A DNA stretch of 64,000 nt from an uncultured Acidobacteriota bacterium (lineage in GTDB: Bacteria; Acidobacteriota; UBA6911; RPQK01; JAPXNP01). The notes under the pieces are model-generated. The model saw only the letters and a program-made list of their open reading frames with translations. It was not told the origin of the DNA and did no database searches. Each line of letters opens with the position of its first letter. The first letter of the stretch is position 1. The translations under genes and the position numbers were made by a program. The stretch is taken from assembly GCA_963777605.1 (NCBI GenBank), contig CAVZRV010000010.1, positions 539,849 to 603,848 on the forward strand, read 5' to 3'. Positions 40,708-50,891 of this stretch are shown piece by piece.

Positions 40708-43074
40708 CTATGGTTCGCCGACGATGACGGGAAAGCTGATCGTCGTGGAACAGCCGGCGACGTCGATAGCCTTCAGCTTCACCTGGGCTCGCCCCGCCGC
40801 CCCCTCCGGTACCTCGAAGTCGAGCCGCGAGCGGACCGAGTAAAGAGAGGATCCGATCTCGAGATTCGTCGAGGTATCCACGTCGAGCGCTTCCAGTTCC
40901 GAGAGGTCCCACTCCACGTCGCTGATGCCATGCCGCATGCCGCCCAGGGGACTCAATTCCTCGGTGTTGTCCCAGAACACGAGCTGGATGCTGCTCGGGT
41001 CCTGAGGAAGAAGCGCGAGAGGTCCGAGTTTTCGAGGGTCCGGATTCCAGGACACCAGGGACGGGCCGCTGTTCCCGTCGCAGCTATCCTGGGTGACCGA
41101 AATCCCGTCGAACTGCGCACTTGGCGGCTGGCTCTCGACTGCAGCCAGATAGCGGAGATTGAAGTCTCCGAAAATGGCAAAGGTGATGATCGGCTGGTCG
41201 GAGGTGATGCGCAGGTGACCACCCACCTGGGTGAAACCGGGGCCGAAGTAGGTCGGCGTGTTGAGCAGGCCGACGCTCCGCATCCCGGGTCCCAGAGTAA
41301 GGTCGGCGCTGGCCGTCTCCTGTCCGGTCTTCCCGAATGCTTGCACCAGCGTGATGGGCCGTCTCATCGCCGTAATTGAGAATCGCCAGGCCGGTGAAGA
41401 TCCGGAGCGGGTCGGACTGGGCGACCTGGAGGAGCAAGGTGTCCTCGCTTCCGCGCCCGAGCAGGGGGAGCACCGAGAGGTAGGAACCATCCTTCGCTCC
41501 GAAGGCGATGGCTCCCAGCACCGCGTACTGACCACTCTCAGCCGACGGGTTCATCTCAATTTCGACGTGCCCGGTGAGCAGAGTACCGGCCGGTGGGTCC
41601 AGCGAGAGCAGCTCGGACAGGTTCTGTGACAGGAGACCATGGCTGGCCAGCTGGAGTGCGGCCTGGCCGAGCAGGGTTCCATCGTCGCCGTACGCACGAA
41701 GTCGTGCATCGACCACTTCGTCTTCCAGGTTGAGCAGACTCAGTTCGCTGTCGGCTTCCTGGGAGACCAGGAAGTGGGGAGCATAGAGGTGCTTGGAACG
41801 GGACGGCGCGACGGCAGCCAGGGAACCGAGGGCGTTCCGGTCGGAGAAGACGGCCAGTGCCTGGACGCCTGCGGTCGACGAGATCCTCACGTAGCTTCTG
41901 TCGGGGCGCTGCGCCGTGTCCAGCAGGGTGGCGAGCGGCCCGGAGAGGAATCCGGGGCTCGTCATGCGGACTGTGCGTTCGGCCAACCGGTTGCCCTCGG
42001 TGTCGAAGAGCGCCCAGTTCCACGTCCTGATCGAGGGTGGACGTGGACCGGAACAGGTAGACCTGAGTGTCGGCGGTGGTGCCCTGACGGGCAACCGGGA
42101 TGTAGAGCGTATCCGCCTCCACCAACTGTCCCCCGACGCCGTCCAGTCGTCCTGAGATCGTCGTCACCCAGCATGAAGAATCCCTGCAGGGCGCCGACAT
42201 TTCCTTTCGCAACCATCATGGCTTCCGGCTCGGTCGGGATTTGCAACGAAGGCGCTTTGGCCGTTTCGCGGTGATCAATCCCCGGTCTTCGATGTGAACC
42301 GCTTCACCCGACGTCGAATAGGTGGTCGTCTTTGCGCGGTTGGGGGGATTGGACGGGTTGGCCAGGGCGATCCCGACAAAAGCTGCCTGTTTCACCGGCC
42401 GCTCCCTGGGCAGGCGTAATGGGTGGTTCGAGCCGGAGTGGAGAGACTACCGGTTGAGTCAGTGTCACGTCGAGGCGGGGCCTGAGCTCAGGCTGGGTCG
42501 AGTCACCCGAGTAGAGGGTCAGGTAGCCGGAGGCATCGGGTCCTTCAGGGGCGCGCAGTCGAAGCTGAAATCGGGTCCGGTCTGTCTCAAAGACAAAATT
42601 GATCAGAGCGGTCACGTCGATCCGGTACTCGTAGGCGGAATTCCCGACCTGGATCCCCGATGCGGCGGTGGCCAGGGGAGTGATCGACCAGTCGGACGAG
42701 TCGAGATTCAGCCCGTAATCGACCAGTTCCGCGGTCAGCGTGATGGCTGGAGGTTCGGCAACGCTGCTGTTGGAGGTCTGGTAGATGAAGAGTTCAGCCT
42801 TCGCGATCTGCCCCTCTCGGACGCTCGCCAGATCAAAGGACAGAAAGCTCCGAAACTCGCCACAGCTGTCCGCCGGGTCCTTGCCCACTTGCAGGTCCGA
42901 AGTGGTGTTCGTGGGAGCCGGCGCGCAAACCACCCCCGGTGTTGGAACCGTTGCGATGTAGCCATCCAGTTGCGGATTGGAGAACAGGGTTATCAGGCGA
43001 GATTCGGCTGGCAGACGTTGACAGTTGAAGACAATGATCAGTGCGCCGAACACGAGGAGTCTTGATCGTGACAT
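40708..43074 (-). pseudogene. Large secreted beta-sandwich repeat protein broken by several frameshifts
   Basis: Signal peptide and DNRLRE-like N-domain (RSFLSFDL..AELFIY) at 42304-43074. Coherent fragments continue in shifting frames (LQGFFMLGD, LYIPV, LYAPHF, FTGLAILN, GGHLRITSDQP) down to 40708. Confidence 0.65.
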
Positions 43075-43284
43075 GGGAATGCCCCCTTCTTCAATCCTCC
43101 CCCAAGGATCGGCTTTCGTTCGGTGACGATTGTAACTTCTTTCTGTTTTGATTGTCCCGTCGAAAAGATCAGGCTAATATCGAACACCGGTTATCTCCAC
43201 ATTCGGATCAACAGGTAGCCCTGTGCCGGGTCCCGGCTCCGTTGGAGCTTCGATCCAGCCTGGAAATTTTGCGAGGTAAGAAAG

Positions 43285-44235
43285 ATGAAAGCGTTCACCC
43301 TGGGCCGGAGATCGGTTCTCAAAGCCGCCGCAGCGGCGATCCCCTCTCTGGCACTGGTCTCATCCGGTTGGGCCTCTGCGAGGAAGATGAAGATCGACCT
43401 TTCCTGTGGTGCCATCGGTGTCAGTGCTGATCTCAACGAAGCCATCGACCTGGCGGCAAGGCATGGCTTCGAATCGGTCACCCCGGACGGCGGTGCGCTA
43501 TTGGCGGCCGGCGACGACGGGATTAAGCGGTACCTGGACAAGATTGCCGAACGGCAACTGGTCTGGGGTACGGCCGGCCTCCCGGTGGAGTTTCGGCGTG
43601 ACGCGGATCGTTTCGGCGCTGATCTGTCCAGGTTGCCGGCGCACGCTCGTGCGCTGCAGAACGCGGGCGTCAGCCGTGTCGGCACCTGGATCATGCCGAG
43701 CCACTCCGAACTGACCTACCTGAAGAACATGCGGCAGCACGCGGTGCGGCTGCGCCAGGTGGCCCGGATTCTCGACGACCACGAACTGCGCCTCGGACTC
43801 GAATACGTGGGACCGCGGACGTCGCTGGTCGCTGCCCGGTATCCCTTCGTGCACACCATGGCGGAAATGAGGGATCTGCTTGGCGAGATCGGGATGAAGA
43901 ACGTCGGCTTCGTGCTGGACAGCTGGCACTGGTATACGGCCCAGGAGTCGGAGGCGGATCTGGAGAGCCTCAAGAACGAGGAGATCGTCTCGGTCGATCT
44001 GAATGACGCGCCCGACGGGATCAAAGTGGAGGAGCAGATGGACTTGACCCGTCGCCTGCCCTGTGCCACAGGCGTGATCGATGTGAAGACGTTTCTTTCC
44101 GCACTCGTCGATGCGGGCTACGACGGCCCGGTTCGCGCAGAGCCGTTCGACGCGAGTCTCAAGTCGTTGTCGAAGGACGAGGCGGTTGACAGGACGGCAG
44201 TTGCCATGAAGAAGGCATTCGCCCTGATCAGCTAG
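43285..44235 (+). CDS. Sugar phosphate isomerase/epimerase TIM barrel, Tat-exported
   Basis: GRRSVLK, LGLEYVGP, LDSWHWY, DLNDAP and YDGPVRAEPF. Confidence 0.88.
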   Translation: MKAFTLGRRSVLKAAAAAIPSLALVSSGWASARKMKIDLSCGAIGVSADLNEAIDLAARHGFESVTPDGGALLAAGDDGIKRYLDKIAERQLVWGTAGLPVEFRRDADRFGADLSRLPAHARALQNAGVSRVGTWIMPSHSELTYLKNMRQHAVRLRQVARILDDHELRLGLEYVGPRTSLVAARYPFVHTMAEMRDLLGEIGMKNVGFVLDSWHWYTAQESEADLESLKNEEIVSVDLNDAPDGIKVEEQMDLTRRLPCATGVIDVKTFLSALVDAGYDGPVRAEPFDASLKSLSKDEAVDRTAVAMKKAFALIS

Positions 44236-44321
44236 GCGGCGCAGAGCGGCGATAGGCCGTTTCGACAGATAGACAGGTTGCAGGGGAAAGCGAGGACGAG
44301 ACCGAAAGAGGGAGGTATTGA

Positions 44322-45818
44322 ATGGGACAGGCTTCATTGCTGAGGATGATCTTCGTAGTCGGGCTGGTATCGGCGGGGTGTTCCATGACTCCTGATCTTG
44401 GCCCCTGGTTCGAGCGCGCTTCGGACGTAGGAGTCGTGAGCGAGGCCGGAACGACGAGCTTCGATCCCGAGACTGGCGACTACGTACTCAGCGGCTCCGG
44501 AGACAATATCTGGGCTACTTCGGATGCCTTCCACTATGCCTGGTGCCGGCTGGAGGGGGATCTCCGGCTGGAGGCGGAAGTGGAATTCCAGGGCGAAGGG
44601 GGAAATCCTCACCGGAAGGCGGGGTGGATGGTCCGCTCGGGGCTCGAACCGGACGACCCTTACGTCGATGTCGCTGTTCACGGGGACGGCCTGATCGGGA
44701 TGCAGTTTCGACGCCGAAAGGGGGCTGAGACCGAAGAATACCGTGCCGTCTCGACCGCTCATGCCCTGGTTCGGCTGGAACGGACCGGCGAGCTCTTCAG
44801 CCTCTCGGTGATCGGCCCAGACGGAAGCGAGGAACCAGTCGGAGCGCTGCTCCTGGATCTTCCTTCGAATCCATATGTCGGACTGTTCATCACCTCTCAT
44901 GACAACTCCCGCACCGAGTCGGTGCGGTTCAAGCGGCTCGCCCGGGAAAATCGGGTTCCTCTTTCGGACGAAGAGCGAGTGACCGAGAGTACCCTCGAAA
45001 CCTTCGACCTGGAATCTGGAAAACGCCAGGTCGTGCATCGGAACGAGGGTCTCTTTGAGGCACCCAACTGGACTCGCGACGGGACGGAGTTCTTGTTCAA
45101 CAGCGATGGCAAGATGTACCGACTCCCGGTCTCCGGAGGCGAATTGACGCAGCTCGATACCGGTACCGCTGTCCGTTGCAACAACGATCACGGATTCTCG
45201 CCGGATGGAAAGTGGCTCGCGGTCAGTCACGCGCCGGAGGGACAGTCCTTGATTTACGTACTCCTATCCGAGGGTGGCGAGCCCCGGCTCGTAACCCGGC
45301 AGGGGCCCTCTTACTGGCACGGCTGGTCCCCAGACGGCAAGACGCTCGCCTACTGTGCCGAGCGTGAGGGTGAATTCGACATTTACACCATCCCGGTCGG
45401 AGGCGGACAGGAAACCCGGCTCACCTCGGCTCCGGGCCTGGATGACGGACCCGACTATGCGCCGGACGGGAAGTTCATCTACATCAACTCGGAGCGAAGC
45501 GGATTGATGAAGATCTGGCGGATCTCGCCTGACGGCAAGATCCAGGAACAGGTCACCTTCGACAACGAGTTCGCCGACTGGTTTGCCCATCCCTCTCCGG
45601 ACGGGAAGCAGTTCGTGTTTTTGTCATACGACCGTTCCGTCAAGGGACATCCGCCGAACCGCGAAGTCCTGTTGCGGAGCATGCCCATGGATGGAGGGAA
45701 TCCCACGGTGCTCACCCACCTGTTCGGAGGCCAGGGAACCATCAACGTCCCTTCCTGGTCCCCCGATTCAAAACGCTTCGCGTTCGTGAGCTACCGGAAA
45801 ATCCTGCCGGGATGGTGA
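44322..45818 (+). CDS. TolB-like (PD40 repeat) lipoprotein with N-terminal beta-sandwich domain
   Basis: Lipobox VSAGC, HRKAGWM, EAPNWTRDG, CNNDHGFSPDG, SYWHGWSPDG and GGQGTINVPSWSPD. Confidence 0.85.
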   Translation: MGQASLLRMIFVVGLVSAGCSMTPDLGPWFERASDVGVVSEAGTTSFDPETGDYVLSGSGDNIWATSDAFHYAWCRLEGDLRLEAEVEFQGEGGNPHRKAGWMVRSGLEPDDPYVDVAVHGDGLIGMQFRRRKGAETEEYRAVSTAHALVRLERTGELFSLSVIGPDGSEEPVGALLLDLPSNPYVGLFITSHDNSRTESVRFKRLARENRVPLSDEERVTESTLETFDLESGKRQVVHRNEGLFEAPNWTRDGTEFLFNSDGKMYRLPVSGGELTQLDTGTAVRCNNDHGFSPDGKWLAVSHAPEGQSLIYVLLSEGGEPRLVTRQGPSYWHGWSPDGKTLAYCAEREGEFDIYTIPVGGGQETRLTSAPGLDDGPDYAPDGKFIYINSERSGLMKIWRISPDGKIQEQVTFDNEFADWFAHPSPDGKQFVFLSYDRSVKGHPPNREVLLRSMPMDGGNPTVLTHLFGGQGTINVPSWSPDSKRFAFVSYRKILPGW

Positions 45819-45901
45819 GAACCGGAGACTGAAAACCGGAGACGGGAGACAGAAAGGAATTGTACAGGCTTCTATGACTGCTGCATTCTTCCTCCTGTCT
45901 C

Positions 45902-46669
45902 CTAGCCTGAAAACCAGAGCTTGATTGCGAAGATGATCACGGCGGCTGTGACTACCCGCTTGACCCAGGCGTGGCCCTTGAGCACGGCGAGGTGAACTCC
46001 CAGCAACCCTCCGGTCGCGTTGCCGGCACCGAGGACCAGTCCAGGGACCCAGACGACCCAACCCTGGTAGATAAAGACGGAAAGCGAGAAGATCGTAAAA
46101 ACGAGAATCCACACGATCTTGATGGCGTTGCCCCGAACCAGGTCGAGCCCGGTCGCGGTGGACAATGCCAGCACGAGGAATCCAACACCGGCCTGGACGA
46201 AGCCTCCGTACACTCCCACGCAGAAGAATGCAATCGGCATTAGGATGTGCCTGGTCCAGGAAAAGCCGGTTGTTGGCTGTGCCGGTTTGTCTGACTTGTG
46301 GCGCTTGACCGGGTCCCAGAGGGTCCACAGTGAAATGGCCACCATGAAGAATGCCAGCAGCCTCTGAAAGGCGGCATCGGAAATCTCCAGGGCTGCCCAT
46401 ACTCCAACCAGGGACCCGAGGCAGGCAGGGACGAGGCCGACAGCCAGGTAGTCCCAGGGAATGACTTTCTTGCGATGAAAACTCCACGACGCCCCCAGGT
46501 TTTGAAAGACGATGGCCAGTCGGTTAGTGGCATTCGCCATTCCGGCCGGAAGTCCGACGAAGATCAGAACCGGGAGAGTCAGGAACGATCCCCCGCCGGC
46601 GAGAATGTTGACGACGCCGGCGGCAAACCCCGTGCAGAAAAGAAGTCCGTATTCCAGTGGTGTAATCAT
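45902..46669 (-). CDS. Sulfite exporter TauE/SafE family membrane protein
   Basis: AGGGSFLTLP, ANATNR and YGGFVQAGVG. Confidence 0.9.
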   Translation of the reverse strand: MITPLEYGLLFCTGFAAGVVNILAGGGSFLTLPVLIFVGLPAGMANATNRLAIVFQNLGASWSFHRKKVIPWDYLAVGLVPACLGSLVGVWAALEISDAAFQRLLAFFMVAISLWTLWDPVKRHKSDKPAQPTTGFSWTRHILMPIAFFCVGVYGGFVQAGVGFLVLALSTATGLDLVRGNAIKIVWILVFTIFSLSVFIYQGWVVWVPGLVLGAGNATGGLLGVHLAVLKGHAWVKRVVTAAVIIFAIKLWFSG

Positions 46670-46847
46670 GAGGTCCCAGAAGGCGGGCGAACCCTGGCCC
46701 GCTCTTGACCCGACCCGGTGTGCTCGTCTCCCTTCGTATGAGTCTGTTCAATCCCGATTCGGGCCCTCATAATTAAAACACTCGGCGATGGGTAGCGGAA
46801 CCGCAATGTGGAAAGCTTTTTGAGCAACCAGGAAAGGGAGCATCGAG

Positions 46848-47951
46848 ATGATTGAGGACCTCGGATTCAAACCCGACCTGCCGTGCGACCGGGACGTGCC
46901 GATCGCCTGCGTCGGAGCCGGTTTCATCATGGCGGACTGCCACCTGGTCTCCTACCGCCAGGCAGGATTGAACCCGGTCGCCATCACGGCACTGGATCTC
47001 GACCAGGCCCGACAGGCAGCGGAACGGCACCGGATTCCGGCGGTCTATCCAACGCTTCGGGAACTTCTGGCCGACACGGACGCCGAGGTGCTGGACATTG
47101 CCGTTCCTCCGGACGTCGAACTTGCAGTAGTCCGGGAAGTGGCGGAAAACCAGCGAAAGATTCGCGGAATCCTGGCCCAGAAGCCGCTGGGTGGGAACAT
47201 CGACGAGGCCCGCGAGATTGTCCGTGTCTGCCGGGAGGCCGGGATCGTCCTCGCCGTCAACCAGAATATGCGTTACGATCAGTCGATCCGTGCCTGTAAG
47301 ACTCTGCTTCGGGAAGGAGTTCTGGGCGAACCGGTTCTGGCGACGATCGAAATGAGGGCGATCCCTCACTGGATGCCCTGGCAGGAACGGCAGGGCTGGT
47401 GCACGCTTCGGATCATGTCGATTCACCACCTGGATACTTTTCGATATTGGTTTGGAGACCCCAGTCGGATTTTTGCCAGCACCCGGAGCGACCCCCGGAC
47501 TCGTTTCGAGCATTCCGACGGGATCTGTCTCTATATCCTCGAGTACGACTCGAACGACCTCCGGGCCAGTGCGTGGGACGACGTTTGGGCCGGGCCCGCT
47601 CGTGAGGGGGCAGCGGCCGACATTGGAATTCGCTGGCGGGTGGAAGGAACCCGGGGGATGGCCCGCGGAACCATCGGCTGGCCCAGTTACCCGGAGCGCC
47701 GGCCCAGCACGCTCGACTACACGACGGTTGAAGACGATGGCCGGTGGCACCAGCCCCGGTGGGACGAAGTGTGGTTTCCCGATGCGTTTCTCGGGCCGAT
47801 GGCGGAGTTGCTGATCGCGCTCGAGGCCGGGACCACCCCCTCGATTGCGGGAGAGGACAATTTGCGGACGATGTCCCTGGTGGAAGCGGCCTATGCCTCC
47901 GCGGCGTCGCACCGGGCAGTCGACCCTTCGGATTGGTGGAAGGAGAATTGA
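46848..47951 (+). CDS. Gfo/Idh/MocA family oxidoreductase
   Basis: VGAGFIM, DIAVPP, LAQKPL, VNQNMRY and IHHLD. Confidence 0.9.
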   Translation: MIEDLGFKPDLPCDRDVPIACVGAGFIMADCHLVSYRQAGLNPVAITALDLDQARQAAERHRIPAVYPTLRELLADTDAEVLDIAVPPDVELAVVREVAENQRKIRGILAQKPLGGNIDEAREIVRVCREAGIVLAVNQNMRYDQSIRACKTLLREGVLGEPVLATIEMRAIPHWMPWQERQGWCTLRIMSIHHLDTFRYWFGDPSRIFASTRSDPRTRFEHSDGICLYILEYDSNDLRASAWDDVWAGPAREGAAADIGIRWRVEGTRGMARGTIGWPSYPERRPSTLDYTTVEDDGRWHQPRWDEVWFPDAFLGPMAELLIALEAGTTPSIAGEDNLRTMSLVEAAYASAASHRAVDPSDWWKEN

Positions 47952-47952
47952 G

Positions 47953-48783
47953 ATGGAACTCGGCCTGATCAACAGCGCATTCGCCCAGGTGGGCATGGAC
48001 TTTGAGCTGGGAATCCGGAAAGCAAGGGAAATCGGTTTCGACACCATCGACATCTTCACGGAAGCCTGGGGTATCTCCAGGGAGGAAGTCGAGCGGATCA
48101 AGCGCGTTTGCGCGGAAAATGAGCTCCCGATTGTGTCGCTGCCGGTTTGCTCCCTGGGTATCGCCGATTTCAACGAGCCGGTCCGGAGGTTCCACGTCGA
48201 TCGGACCAAGTCCTACGTTGACCTGGCCGGAGCGCTGGAAGCGCGAAATGTGCTCTACGTAATGGGTGAGTACATCTGGCAAAAAGAGGTCATCAAGCCG
48301 GAAGATCAGTGGGCCTGGGCGGTCGAAGGCACTCGGGAGATCGGGACCTATGCGGCGGAAAAGGGAGTCGAGATCGCTGTCGAACTCGAACCCTTTCGGT
48401 TGTCTCTGGTGAACAACGTGGAGTTGATGGCTCGGTTTATCGAGGAAGTAGACAGCCCCGCGGTCTACGCCAACATCGATGTCAGCCACGTCGTCCTGGC
48501 CGGAGACCCGCCTTCTTCACTGCAGCGGTTGAAGGGCTTGGCGCATCACGTCCACCTCTCCGATTGTGACGGAAAGGTTCACGGCGATCTCCCGCCGGGC
48601 CAGGGGGTGATCGATTTCATTCCCTATCTGGAGGCGATTCGGGACCTCGACATTGAGGGAGTGGTGAGTATCGAACTGGAGTACTGTCCCGAGCCTGAAA
48701 AGATCGTGGAATGGGTCACGGGCGCCTATCGGACCACCGCCCGGCTGATGGATCAGGCGGGTTTGCGAAGCCTCAAAGAATAA
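47953..48783 (+). CDS. Sugar phosphate isomerase/epimerase TIM barrel (cytoplasmic)
   Basis: ELEPF, NIDVSH, HVHLSDCDGKVHGDLPPG and SIELEY; starts 1 nt after the oxidoreductase. Confidence 0.88.
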   Translation: MELGLINSAFAQVGMDFELGIRKAREIGFDTIDIFTEAWGISREEVERIKRVCAENELPIVSLPVCSLGIADFNEPVRRFHVDRTKSYVDLAGALEARNVLYVMGEYIWQKEVIKPEDQWAWAVEGTREIGTYAAEKGVEIAVELEPFRLSLVNNVELMARFIEEVDSPAVYANIDVSHVVLAGDPPSSLQRLKGLAHHVHLSDCDGKVHGDLPPGQGVIDFIPYLEAIRDLDIEGVVSIELEYCPEPEKIVEWVTGAYRTTARLMDQAGLRSLKE

Positions 48784-49639
48784 TCAGGAGCATTCCGAGC
48801 AACATCACGGCCGCAGCCGGAATCCGGGATTTGAAAGAACCCTCCCGAAAGACGACGACCCCAATGACTGCCGAGAGGAGGCCACCGGTTCGCTTGACCG
48901 CCTCGACGTAGGAAACCAGGAGTTCGCGGTAGGCGTAGAATTGAGAAAGCACCGCGACCCCGGCAATCAGGGCGGCGCCGGCAAGAAGAAGGTAGCTCCC
49001 CCGGTTCGGCGGTGGATGATTTCCCTTTCTCGACTCGGGACGGATAAGGATCACCAGGGCCAGAAGGAGCGCGCTGAAAAGGCTCATCGAGAACCCGAGT
49101 AGAGCCTCAGATCCATGGGAGATTGCAATCTTGTCGAGGGATGTCGTCAGCCCCCAGATCAGGGCCACTACGAGCATCCTCCAACTCCCCGGTTCGCGAA
49201 GCGGCGCCGTCACCAGCCGCAACAGATCACGGGACCGGTCGATGTGAAGCAGGACCCCTCCCGCGACGACCAGGGCGATGCCGACCCAGCCTCGGGGCGA
49301 CGGCATTTCCTCCAGCAGGGTGAGGGCGACCAGGGCCGACACCAGGGGAGTGAACCCGAGGTACGGGATCGTCAGCGAGAGAGGAGAGAGGCTGACGGCC
49401 TGGACGTAGAGCAGCGAAGTGATCGTGAAGGTCACGGCCTCCGCCAGGGCAATTGTCACGAAGACCGAGTCGAACCGTGGGATCCCTTCGACGGCGAGTG
49501 CCAGGGAAAGGAAAATCGCAGCACCAAGGTTGATGCCGATAACCACGCGGGCCGCTCCGATCCGGGTCCCCAGGATCTTTCGGAGGACGTCGAGGGCTAC
49601 AAAACTGAGTGAAGCGGTGGCCGCGAATATGAGTCCCAT
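48773..49639 (-). CDS. EamA/DMT family transporter
   Basis: About 10 TM helices; SPLSLTIPYLGFTP and YVEAVKR. Confidence 0.85.
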   Translation of the reverse strand: MGLIFAATASLSFVALDVLRKILGTRIGAARVVIGINLGAAIFLSLALAVEGIPRFDSVFVTIALAEAVTFTITSLLYVQAVSLSPLSLTIPYLGFTPLVSALVALTLLEEMPSPRGWVGIALVVAGGVLLHIDRSRDLLRLVTAPLREPGSWRMLVVALIWGLTTSLDKIAISHGSEALLGFSMSLFSALLLALVILIRPESRKGNHPPPNRGSYLLLAGAALIAGVAVLSQFYAYRELLVSYVEAVKRTGGLLSAVIGVVVFREGSFKSRIPAAAVMLLGMLLIIL

Positions 49640-49669
49640 GGTGGTTCAATGCCCGGGTGCAGACGCCCT

Positions 49670-50710
49670 TCAGCCGGAGCTGGCTTCGGTCGACAGGATG
49701 ACTTTACCGATGTTGCTTCGCTGGTGAATCCGCTCGTGGGCAGCGACAGCCCCACCCGCGGTCAAGGGGAAGACCCGGTCGATCACGGGCCGGAGGCGGC
49801 CGGAGGCGGTCAGGGCCAGGATTTGGTCAAAGGCGGCGGCGACTTCGGCGCGGCGGCTTTCGAGGTAACCGAGGTGGAATCCGAATACCCCCACATTTCG
49901 CCCCATCAGGGAGAGCGGCCGGAAAGCGGGAGTCCGCCAGAGGGCGAGCAGAGCCGACAGCGGCCGCCGTTTCATGCCAGGAGCCGCGGATGAAAGCCCA
50001 AATGAAATGATCCGTCCCAGAGGAGCCACGAGTTCATATCCCTTCTTGAGGGTTTCGCCTCCAACCCCGTCCAGGACGACATCGACGCCTCTTCCCGATG
50101 TGGCCTCCCGGACTACCTGGGAAAAGTCCTCGGAGCGATAGTTAATCGGATGCTGGGCCCCGATTCCCCGCAGGAATTCGACCTTGTCCTGGGATCCCGC
50201 CGTCGCGAACACCTCGCAGCCGGTGCCCAGGGCCAGCTGGATCGCGGCCGTTCCCACGCCGCCGGCACCTCCCTGGATCAGGACCGATTCTCCGCTGCGG
50301 ATGTTCCCCATGTTGTAGAGGCAAAACCAGGCGGTGAGAAAATTAACCGGGATGGCGGCCCCGTCCACGAAAGGAACCTCTTCAGGCAGTATTCGCACAT
50401 GGTTTTCGGAGACGCAAACCGCTTGAGCGTACCCGCCGAACCGGCTCAGAGCCACGACGCGGTCCCCCGGTTGGAAGCGTCCGCAGTTTGGGCCCAACTC
50501 GTCGACCGTGCCCGAGACCTCGAATCCTGGAACGTAAGGTAGTTGCGGGGTTTCGGAATAGAGTTTGAGCCGTTGCAGAAGGTCGGCGAAGTTGACTCCG
50601 GAAGCCGACACCCGGATGCGCACTTCTCCCGGACCGGGGCTGGGAAGGGGAAGCTCCCGTTCTCTCAGGCAATCAGGGGATCCATAGCGCTCGATCACAA
50701 TCGCCCGCAT
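49670..50710 (-). CDS. MDR-family NADPH:quinone oxidoreductase (VAT-1-like)
   Basis: GVNFADL, PGFEVSG, GGAGGVGTAAIQ and NIGKVIL. Confidence 0.9.
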   Translation of the reverse strand: MRAIVIERYGSPDCLRERELPLPSPGPGEVRIRVSASGVNFADLLQRLKLYSETPQLPYVPGFEVSGTVDELGPNCGRFQPGDRVVALSRFGGYAQAVCVSENHVRILPEEVPFVDGAAIPVNFLTAWFCLYNMGNIRSGESVLIQGGAGGVGTAAIQLALGTGCEVFATAGSQDKVEFLRGIGAQHPINYRSEDFSQVVREATSGRGVDVVLDGVGGETLKKGYELVAPLGRIISFGLSSAAPGMKRRPLSALLALWRTPAFRPLSLMGRNVGVFGFHLGYLESRRAEVAAAFDQILALTASGRLRPVIDRVFPLTAGGAVAAHERIHQRSNIGKVILSTEASSG

Positions 50711-50891
50711 AGCAGGCACTAGACTAACAGACCAGAATTGATCCGGGCAGAGGTCTGAGTGTGCAAAACTGAAGACGTATAATGGATGAGACCCTCAGCG
50801 ATGACTCCAACGCTCGCGCGTGGAAGCAGGGTTCCGAACGGGAGCAACTCGATCCCGCTTCGGCCCGAAGCCCCATCGGAAGGTGAAAACC

